Below are positions 7,968-14,537 of a stretch of 14,537 nt of DNA, piece after piece. Under the pieces are notes generated by a model. It had not been told where the DNA came from. It did no database searches and worked only from the letters and a program-made list of their open reading frames with translations. Where the stretch lies: the NCBI GenBank assembly GCA_964632315.1, contig CAZWEM010000073.1, positions 1 through 14,537 on the forward strand. The letters are read 5' to 3'. This DNA is from an uncultured archaeon. GTDB lineage: Archaea; Asgardarchaeota; Lokiarchaeia; Sigyniarchaeales; SOKP01. A program made the translations under genes and the position numbers. Within the stretch, counting starts at the first letter, position 1, and the number at the start of each line of letters is the position of its first letter.

Positions 7968-8429
7968 ATGAGTCCTCGATGGTTAGATGATGGAGATGAG
8001 ACGTGGGAACGTTGGTTTGCCAAAATGTGTGATGTTGACTTGGATGTATCGCCTTTAACTATGTTTGCTCTTGAATCTCATTTAGATGCCATTATTGAAC
8101 GATTAGAGTATCTGAGATCCACGATCACTAATAAAGAGCTTGCTTACAGGGGCAAAGGTCTTTTTGGTGAGGGTATTTATGATGAGTTCTGCACATCGGA
8201 AACTCAACTCGAAATCGCATATCAGATTCTTGCCATTCTAATTCTTGAAACAGGTAGCTATCTACCAGATAAAGTCCGTGATGAAGTCTTAAAGATAATA
8301 GATTGGGATAATGATAAAAAATGGGGGTGGGATCCAGAGATTTTGGATTATCGAAGAAGATATTTAAGCCTATTGAGAATTGCGTTAGAACTTCAAAACA
8401 ACAAAAGAAAAAAATGGAAAGTTTTTTGA
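7968..8429 (+). CDS. Hypothetical protein (helical, Trp-rich)
   Basis: 153-aa ORF starting 3 nt after the PadR stop; no family recognised. Confidence 0.7.
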   Translation: MSPRWLDDGDETWERWFAKMCDVDLDVSPLTMFALESHLDAIIERLEYLRSTITNKELAYRGKGLFGEGIYDEFCTSETQLEIAYQILAILILETGSYLPDKVRDEVLKIIDWDNDKKWGWDPEILDYRRRYLSLLRIALELQNNKRKKWKVF

Positions 8430-8440
8430 AATAAAATTGT

Positions 8441-9742
8441 TTACTTCTCTTCTATTAATATATTCTTTTTACGGAAATACTTTTCAATTTCATCTTTTGC
8501 GATGCTGGTTAACACGTCTCGTAATGGTGCCAAGACTTCATCCTTGGTCAAAGTTCGGTTTTTACTGATCCGTCCTTCTTGAATTTCAAATGCGCTCTGG
8601 GCCCATGAGTATTCGTCATTAAATGTAAACCAGATGTCTCTATATGCTCCTTCCTGTCCGCCATCCCTCGCTAGCGGCTTTTGTTCGACTAAGAGCTCGG
8701 GATCTTGCAAATAGCACCAATCTAAAATAATCCATTCAAGTTTACGCTCTGAATCTGGACGATCGGCTAAATATATACAATAAGCATGCCCACCTAACTC
8801 CTCCTCCGAAGGAGCAAATACAGGATCAGCAACTACTTGAGCAGCACACACTTTTACTCTCCATGAAGGGATACCCGCATTAATTAAAAGAGCGGCAATT
8901 AGAATTGCGCCATCTTCACAATCCCCGATCTCTGCTTGAATTGATTCAAAGGGAAATAACCAGAATTCGGGACAATCTACGGTCACATCATCATTAGCGT
9001 ACTTGAGAAATTTGCATACGAACTTTTGGATTTCCCACGCGGTCGCGTTTGCACTGTCTTTATAAAGCCCCGCTTGAGATATCACGTGCCAAAGTATCGC
9101 GTCATTCTTTTGGATGAAAATCTTAACATCAGCATCAATTTGCTTCTCATATGACTTTCCTCTTAATGCTCTTCCAGTATAGATTATTGCAGCTTTTTCC
9201 CATTTGTTATTCCAATAGTCAGGCCCATATTCTCCATAATCTCCCACGAAGGGTTTTATATCGACGAGATCAGGGCTTGCGGGAGGTATATCAGAATCGG
9301 GAAGTTGCTCAATAGGAGCTTTCTTAGGCTCCTTATCCCTTGGCTTTTTCTCTGGAATTCCCTCAAGCGAAGCAGCATTTTCTTTCCACTTTTGCACGTC
9401 TTTTTCTGATGGAATTTTGGAGAGAGCCTTAGGATTATCAATCTTTAACTGTTTTAGTTTTACTATGGTATTTTTAACATTCCTTCTGGCGAATTCCTTT
9501 ACAGAATCCATCCCTATTAAATTGAGAGCACTTGCAATTTGAGGAGATACTCCTTCTATTCTCATCAAGTCAGCATGCTCTTGCCACGTATCGAGTGTTC
9601 TTACGGATACACCAATCGCTCGTGCTAATTGTTGGATTTGATAATACGTAAGTGGAAGAAGATCATCTACCTCTTTAATTCCCGCTTTTTCGAGGAGCGT
9701 GGCATGTCTTTGTTCCAAACCTATGATATCAGTTAATTTCAT
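8441..9742 (-). CDS. DUF4332-like helix-hairpin-helix domain fused to a transglutaminase-like Cys-His-Asp domain
   Basis: N-terminus has LTDIIGL...LEKAGI and W..HADLMRIEGV...L..IG (HhH pair). A Pro/Lys-rich linker follows. C-terminus has FWLFPFES...GDCEDGAIL, GGHAY and WIILDW. Confidence 0.85.
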   Translation of the reverse strand: MKLTDIIGLEQRHATLLEKAGIKEVDDLLPLTYYQIQQLARAIGVSVRTLDTWQEHADLMRIEGVSPQIASALNLIGMDSVKEFARRNVKNTIVKLKQLKIDNPKALSKIPSEKDVQKWKENAASLEGIPEKKPRDKEPKKAPIEQLPDSDIPPASPDLVDIKPFVGDYGEYGPDYWNNKWEKAAIIYTGRALRGKSYEKQIDADVKIFIQKNDAILWHVISQAGLYKDSANATAWEIQKFVCKFLKYANDDVTVDCPEFWLFPFESIQAEIGDCEDGAILIAALLINAGIPSWRVKVCAAQVVADPVFAPSEEELGGHAYCIYLADRPDSERKLEWIILDWCYLQDPELLVEQKPLARDGGQEGAYRDIWFTFNDEYSWAQSAFEIQEGRISKNRTLTKDEVLAPLRDVLTSIAKDEIEKYFRKKNILIEEK

Positions 9743-9851
9743 TTTATTATCATTTAGAATTAAATTTTAAGTATGAATATGGATATATTTATATTAAACC
9801 TTTATCGATTCTCAAACGAATTGATTATACTGAATTAAACGAGTAGGAATT

Positions 9852-10301
9852 ATGGAAAATTCGAAACTTGACTCCAATGAGAAATTCTTAATTTACATTC
9901 AACATGGATCTCATTTATTATATTTGTTCATTCTCTGGGTTCTAGGATGGAGTTGGGACGCAGGTTTTGCCATAGGCCTCCCAAGTGGACTGATTTTTCC
10001 AATGGTTTTGTTTATTATTATTAGCGTTTTAAGCATTGTTATTACATATAGATTTATCATCCCTAGGATGCTAAGAAAAGAGAATCCTCATAATGCGTTA
10101 TTCATTATAATAGTGATTTTAGGTTGTGGGGCAGAAATTCCTTCTATTTTAGGATTACTATTTGGTGTAATAGGAATCATAGATTTTAACGCCATTTATT
10201 GGCAAATAAGTTTCTCTTTTATTTTACTTGGATTTGGACATTCACTATTCCTTCATTTCTTTAAAATTCAACCGTATTTAAGAACCTCAGAAGAGAGATA
10301 A
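9852..10301 (+). CDS. Hypothetical membrane protein (about 4 TM helices)
   Basis: 149-aa ORF with four hydrophobic segments; AGGA upstream of ATG. Confidence 0.75.
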   Translation: MENSKLDSNEKFLIYIQHGSHLLYLFILWVLGWSWDAGFAIGLPSGLIFPMVLFIIISVLSIVITYRFIIPRMLRKENPHNALFIIIVILGCGAEIPSILGLLFGVIGIIDFNAIYWQISFSFILLGFGHSLFLHFFKIQPYLRTSEER

Positions 10302-10447
10302 GAAATTGAATTACAAAATTAATTTTTTTACTATTAATAGTCCACTCATATTGGTCCCGCATAGCAGTATCTCCTACAATTCGAATTAGGTAATTATCAA
10401 CCCCAATTGTGTTTTGTTGCCACAAAAGAAATACTAAGAGTTAATTA

Positions 10448-11797
10448 TTATTTTTTCTCCCATTCAAAATCAAGCTGTATGAATTTTCGTGAGTAGAGGT
10501 AAGCACCGATAAGAATTAGAGAACATATTGGACCCCATATAACATAACCTAATGAAAACATTGAAGTTCCAACAGTAATTTTAGGCAATTCTAAGATAGC
10601 TCCCATAATCAATAATCCAACAGATTGAAAGAGGTTTAAAATTATACTTGGAAAGCCAGTATAAATTCCTGCTTTTAATTCGCCAGTTTTTTTTTCGTCA
10701 TCTTCGGCTATATCTGCTATAAAAATAGCAGGGAGTAAATACCAACCAGCTAAACATCCTCCTATTCCAAGGACAAAAATTAATCCAAATATAAATGAAG
10801 ATACCATTGGAATTAAGCCTATTAAAGAGAATGGAAGAAAAATTATTGCTACAAGAAAAATATATAAAACGCTTTGTTTTTTCCCTAATTTATGTACTAA
10901 TTTTCTCCAGATATAGAGAAATGTTAATATCCCTATAAGAAATACAGCTGCCACTATTATGTAAGTTGTCTGACTAAAAACTAATACCACCTGTATGTAT
11001 TGGAGAAGTAAAGCTCCAACCATTATCCATGCAATGCTTGCAATACCCATCATGCCATTTACTAATAAATAATTCTTATTTTTCAAAATTATCGTTAAAT
11101 TTTGAAATAGATTTGAATCTATTTTAAAATGCGGTTCTGTAGGCATTAGAAAAGTAATCAAATAAAAGAGTACTACCGGTATGATTCCGAAGATCATAAC
11201 CGATAGGGAGTATTCAAAAGGAATGACATTAGGATTAGTTTGAATTTTAGTGATAATTCCGGTTAAAATTATCAATGAAAATACTGACATTACACCTGAT
11301 CCTAACATGCCAATTGTATTTTGGTATTGCGATGCTCTAGGACGTTCATCTGTAGAAAACTGTTCTACCATCCATGAACCATATGGAGATGTAACTCCAT
11401 AGCTAATGTTAAAAATTTGATACAAGATTAATAACCAAAGAAAAACGGCATTTTTATCGCTGATATCAATCATTAAACCCGGCAATAATAAAAAAAAGAA
11501 GGACGCTCCAAGAATAGGACTTAAAATAATTAAATAAGGTTTTCTTCTCCCCCAACGAGTATATTTAGCATCACTTATCCAACCAAAGAAGAATTGAGAG
11601 GCCGCAATAGTAAGTTTTCCCATAGCTAACGCAAACCCGACTAAAAAAGCTGATACTTGAAAAGCTTGAATGTAAAGAGAAGCTAAAGCAAAATCTGCGA
11701 ATCCGATAAGAATAGATGTTCCAAACTTAGGTACTCCAAAAAGGAAAAATTTGCTTCTTGGACTTTTACTCCATGCTACATTATCTACTTCAGTCAT
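10448..11797 (-). CDS. MFS transporter, glycoside-pentoside-hexuronide (MelB/MFS_2) family
   Basis: About 12 TM helices. GWISD..TRWGRRKPY, ERPRAS, KLGKK and 'ADIAEDDE..TG...GIY.G' motifs. Confidence 0.92.
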   Translation of the reverse strand: MTEVDNVAWSKSPRSKFFLFGVPKFGTSILIGFADFALASLYIQAFQVSAFLVGFALAMGKLTIAASQFFFGWISDAKYTRWGRRKPYLIILSPILGASFFFLLLPGLMIDISDKNAVFLWLLILYQIFNISYGVTSPYGSWMVEQFSTDERPRASQYQNTIGMLGSGVMSVFSLIILTGIITKIQTNPNVIPFEYSLSVMIFGIIPVVLFYLITFLMPTEPHFKIDSNLFQNLTIILKNKNYLLVNGMMGIASIAWIMVGALLLQYIQVVLVFSQTTYIIVAAVFLIGILTFLYIWRKLVHKLGKKQSVLYIFLVAIIFLPFSLIGLIPMVSSFIFGLIFVLGIGGCLAGWYLLPAIFIADIAEDDEKKTGELKAGIYTGFPSIILNLFQSVGLLIMGAILELPKITVGTSMFSLGYVIWGPICSLILIGAYLYSRKFIQLDFEWEKK

Positions 11798-12134
11798 AAT
11801 TATTTTTACCTTTATTTAAGATTCCTTAAAAATAAATTTACATAAATCGAATAATATTTGATTTTAAGATTTTTAAATTTTCATTTTTTTCTCTTGATAA
11901 CTTGATAGTTAGCAAATAATCAAATCTAAATTAATAACCATAATTCTCGCTTAAAATTCTCTCTCTCTTAAACAAGACTCTAAGATAAGGACAATGACTA
12001 AGGATGAAGTAAGTAGTAAAACCTCTAGAGCCCTCTTCACAAGAGATTAGGAGTAAAATTTATAACATAACAAGTTTTTATTTATTTATCGTTTAATGTA
12101 AAATCTTGACCCTTGCTTTGGAGGGGTACCCGAG

Positions 12135-12164
12135 AACACGAGTCTCTACGACTCTGAACGGGAG
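12135..12164 (+). other. tRNA intron 1 (30 nt, position 15/16), relaxed BHB
   Basis: Central helix CCCG/CGGG with cuts AG|A and AG|T; internal hairpin GAGTC-TCTAC-GACTC. Flanking helices are imperfect, and the register could slip up to 3 nt because GAG is repeated. Confidence 0.8.
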
Positions 12165-12173
12165 TCTGGTCAA

Positions 12174-12202
12174 TTATTTTGACATGGTGTAAAATAGGCC
12201 TT
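12174..12202 (+). other. tRNA intron 2a (29 nt, position 21/22), BHB
   Basis: Central helix GGTC/GGCC, bulges AA|T and TT|T, inner helix TATTTT/AAAATA, outer pairing TCT/GGG. Confidence 0.72.
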
Positions 12203-12235
12203 TGGGATTCTTGAGAATGGGTCAAGACCGATCAT
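12203..12235 (+). other. tRNA intron 2b (33 nt, position 21/22), BHB formed after 2a is removed
   Basis: After 2a excision: central helix GGTC/GATC, bulges AA|T and AT|A, inner helices GG/CC plus TCTTGA/TCAAGA, outer pairing TCT/GGG. Confidence 0.72.
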
Positions 12236-12302
12236 AGGGGCTGGACTTAAGATCCAGTGGTAAAGGCCTTCGAGGGTTCGAATCCCTCCCCCTCCACATC
12301 CC

Positions 12303-12315
12303 TTATTTTTTTGTT
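12303..12315 (+). terminator. Oligo(dT) archaeal terminator-like tract after the tRNA
   Basis: TTATTTTTTTGTT within 20 nt of the discriminator base. Confidence 0.5.
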
Positions 12316-12463
12316 AATCTGATTTTGAGATGACGAGCTATAATAATAAAAAGATAAAATAATAAGAAAATAAATATAAATAAATAATCACACGATCTTT
12401 ACATAGAATAAGAAATAATAAGATTAAATAATAAATAATTTAATTGATAACGAGGTTAAAGGA

Positions 12464-12841
12464 TTGCCTGTTGGTATACTTGTAATACGTTGGGACAACG
12501 AGATCGGTCCGATTAATGAGGGATTTTATCCAGAAAATCTTAAGATTACGAATAACTTGTTAACACAAGTCTACTCTTCACATAGATATCAATCTCTTAA
12601 ACCAGGATTTGCGTCAATCTCTCTAAAAAATAACAAGGTGGTAAGTTTCTTTAGTGGTGTCGGAGAGGATCACATCAGTGTAGAAAACTTCGTTGTTGCT
12701 TTACTTTTACGGCGAGACGAGAAACCAGGGAAGTATAGAGAAATTTTAAAAACAATTGCGGCAGAGATATTAGATAAAATTAATGATGGGAAGTTCAAGA
12801 AAGTATTACCAGATCTATATAAGGATTTAGCTAAAATATAA
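12464..12841 (+). CDS. Stand-alone longin/uDENN-like domain protein (eukaryotic-signature type)
   Basis: 125 aa. The N-terminal beta-hairpin GILVIRWDNEIGP...YP resembles the 'FD...GP.....P' start of DENN/NPR2-type longins, followed by a helix, three strands and two helices. TTG start with GAGG upstream. Confidence 0.7.
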   Translation: MPVGILVIRWDNEIGPINEGFYPENLKITNNLLTQVYSSHRYQSLKPGFASISLKNNKVVSFFSGVGEDHISVENFVVALLLRRDEKPGKYREILKTIAAEILDKINDGKFKKVLPDLYKDLAKI

Positions 12842-12862
12842 TTTTACGTTTACTATTTACAC

Positions 12863-13897
12863 TCATTCTTCGACTTTTTTAACGTGTATCTTCCCCATCT
12901 CATCTATTTCCAAGAGATCTACTTTTTCAAGGTTTTCTACTACCTTTTTCACTAACACGATTGGAGACCCCATTGCATTTCGGAGGTCTTCAATACTTAT
13001 TGATCCGACATTCTCAACCAATAGGAATGCTTTAAATTGAGCCTCTTGTTCCATTAATGGTACTAATTTATCAAAATAATTTATTTTATTGAGATTTTCT
13101 TCATAAAATTTTTGATATTCGTCCAACTTTTTCTGGAGTCTGCGACTTTCCTCTTCTGCTTTCCTCTTCTCATCACTTAAGGTTTCTACTTTGTTAATTA
13201 ATTCTTCTTGCTTATTTCGTATTTCTTCGAAACGAGACTTCACATCTTTTGCCTCAGAAGTAGCTTCAGTTGAAATTAACTTACTATCTAATAATATGTT
13301 ATCCATTTCAGAAATTTTGGCATTTAATTCTCTCTTTTCTTCGAAGTGTTCCTTTTTAAGAGATTCAATTTCAGTTTTATACTTTTGATCCATATCGTGT
13401 AAAAGTTTAACTTGTTCATCTTGAAGCTTATCAGCAAAAGCTTGTACTTCTTTTACTTGATTTTCAAGGGTTTTAATTCTTTCAGTTTTAAGCAAAATTT
13501 CCGATTTTCGTTCCGCCGCCTCTGCTTTTAAATTTCCTATGGTTTCAAATGTTTCTTCTAGTTTTGTTTGGGTAGGAATCGCTTGTTGCTTATATAATTC
13601 TAATTCTCTTTGATATTGAGCGACTGTGCCCTTGGCATGCTCTAATTCAGTTTCTTTTTCAGTCAATAATGCTCGTTGAGTTCCAATCAATTCTTTTAAC
13701 TCTAGCACATCTTCTGGAATGTCATGCATTTTAGATATCTTTGTTTTTTGTTCTTCCATTATGTTTTCTTGTTCTGTAATTACCCTTTTCTGTCTTTCAA
13801 CGAGTTCTTGTAATCGATTAACCTTTGACTGCATCTGTGCTATCTCGGACTCACTTGATTCAATTCCATCAATCATATCCTTCAAATCTCTTGACAT
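12863..13897 (-). CDS. Long coiled-coil protein with C-terminal winged-helix-like domain
   Basis: About 280 aa of E/K/Q-rich heptads, then GSISIEDLRNAMG...VKKVVENLEKVDLLEIDEMGKIHV. No Walker A motif, so not a true SMC. Confidence 0.8.
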   Translation of the reverse strand: MSRDLKDMIDGIESSESEIAQMQSKVNRLQELVERQKRVITEQENIMEEQKTKISKMHDIPEDVLELKELIGTQRALLTEKETELEHAKGTVAQYQRELELYKQQAIPTQTKLEETFETIGNLKAEAAERKSEILLKTERIKTLENQVKEVQAFADKLQDEQVKLLHDMDQKYKTEIESLKKEHFEEKRELNAKISEMDNILLDSKLISTEATSEAKDVKSRFEEIRNKQEELINKVETLSDEKRKAEEESRRLQKKLDEYQKFYEENLNKINYFDKLVPLMEQEAQFKAFLLVENVGSISIEDLRNAMGSPIVLVKKVVENLEKVDLLEIDEMGKIHVKKVEE

Positions 13898-14015
13898 TAC
13901 GACTGGCTCCTTAATTCTATTATTAATTTATAAAATTATACATATGAGAATACAAGTAATTTGGTAAAATACAAATTTTAACCAATAAAAGTTAATAGAG
14001 AGATAATAGATTTGA

Positions 14016-14023
14016 TTTATATA
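14016..14023 (+). promoter_or_regulatory. TATA box for a probably leaderless ogt transcript
   Basis: TTTATATA ends 23 nt before ATG 14047, a spacing typical of leaderless archaeal mRNAs. Confidence 0.5.
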
Positions 14024-14046
14024 ATTTTCGAAATAATTACTACCTA

Positions 14047-14537
14047 ATGCTGTCCTATTATTTATTTAAGCCTAAAAACATCAAAGCAATCATCATATTT
14101 TTATATAACTTTGATGGAAAAAAAACGAAAATTCTCATTCATGGCATTAATATTTATAAAACTGAAAAAGAAGCATCGAGCTATTTAAATGAAAAAAAGC
14201 TCAAATCATTAGTCGAAGGTAGTCAAGTTGAAAAAGAAATCCTTGAGAATTTAAGGTTAATATTTCAAAAGTATTTCAGTGGTGAATTAAAAGATATTTA
14301 TCACGCAATTCAAGAATTAAATATAGAACTTCACTTAAAAGAAAAATTTAGAACGGATTTTTCTTGGTCGGTTATGAATGAAATTCTAAATGTGAAACCT
14401 GGTGAAACGACGTCTTATTATAAAATTGGTAAAAAAATTGGATCAAGAGCATATAGAGCTATAGGGAATGCTTGTAAGAGTAACCCAATTCCATTAATAG
14501 TGCCATGTCATAGAGTATTAAAAAAGAACGGAGAGGT
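14047..14537 (+). CDS. ogt: Methylated-DNA--protein-cysteine methyltransferase (MGMT), 3'-truncated by the window
   Basis: Not in the ORF track. Frame 1 is open from ATG 14047 to the window end: PGETTSY...RAIGNACKSNPIPLIVPCHRV, containing the PCHRV active site. Confidence 0.95.
   Translation, partial: MLSYYLFKPKNIKAIIIFLYNFDGKKTKILIHGINIYKTEKEASSYLNEKKLKSLVEGSQVEKEILENLRLIFQKYFSGELKDIYHAIQELNIELHLKEKFRTDFSWSVMNEILNVKPGETTSYYKIGKKIGSRAYRAIGNACKSNPIPLIVPCHRVLKKNGE

Larger units (their letters stand above)
12120..12296 (+). tRNA. tRNA-Leu(UAA) with D-arm introns; exons 12120-12134, 12165-12173, 12236-12296
   Basis: Acceptor stem GGAGGGG/CCCCTCC with discriminator A. Anticodon arm CTGGA-CTTAAGA-TCCAG (TAA at 12248-12250). 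Long variable arm. T arm GAGGG-TTCGAAT-CCCTC. Joining the exons gives an 85-nt class II tRNA with D-arm CCCGAGTCTGGTCAAAGGG. CCA is not encoded. Confidence 0.95.

Noticed and set aside
9256-9441. 61-aa minus-strand ORF
   Set aside because: Alternative frame inside 8441..9742.
12003-12050. Possible eukaryote-like SECIS element (ATGA...AAAA...GA)
   Set aside because: No convincing stem or kink-turn core, and no ORF in the window shows credible in-frame UGA read-through.
12168-12232. Alternative BHB registers GGTC/GACC or TTGG/CCGA for the second insert
   Set aside because: They leave 4 or 7 extra nt in the D-arm; only the GGTC/GATC register gives a canonical Leu D-loop.
12258-12296. tRNA 3' end as an integration (att) site
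   Set aside because: No duplicate of the tRNA 3' end and no integrase seen in the window.
12863-13897. Calling it chromosome partition protein Smc
   Set aside because: Too short and lacks Walker A/B, signature and hinge regions.
13191-13967. Plus-strand ORFs 13191..13388 and 13719..13967
   Set aside because: Antisense shadows of the E/K-rich coiled-coil gene.

Overview
AT-rich archaeal DNA, most consistent with an Asgard archaeon (Lokiarchaeia/Promethearchaeota-like). This is an inference from TATA-type promoters, BHB-type tRNA introns, a stand-alone longin/uDENN-like protein and a PadR-zinc-ribbon fusion. Left half: a locally expanded family of 2TM-domain (PF13239-like) membrane protein genes (a partial copy at 1-264, a 4-domain copy, a 2-domain copy and a probable 3' remnant). 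Two of them share a duplicated 43-nt promoter with a palindromic operator, and a PadR regulator gene follows. Between the copies lies a five-gene divergent cassette: two tail-anchored paralogs of unknown function, a SnoaL/NTF2 protein, a retinol-dehydrogenase-like SDR and a CrtI/RetSat-like FAD oxidoreductase. Right half: a DUF4332-like HhH/transglutaminase-like fusion, a membrane protein, a GPH-family MFS transporter, a tRNA-Leu(UAA), a longin-like protein, a coiled-coil/winged-helix protein and a partial ogt. The tRNA and ogt are not in the ORF track. The most striking element is the tRNA-Leu: 92 extra nt in its D-arm resolve into three non-canonical introns, two of them in tandem at the same 21/22 junction and apparently requiring ordered splicing. 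The sequence just upstream of the tRNA is a 9-nt perfect complement to the last intron.
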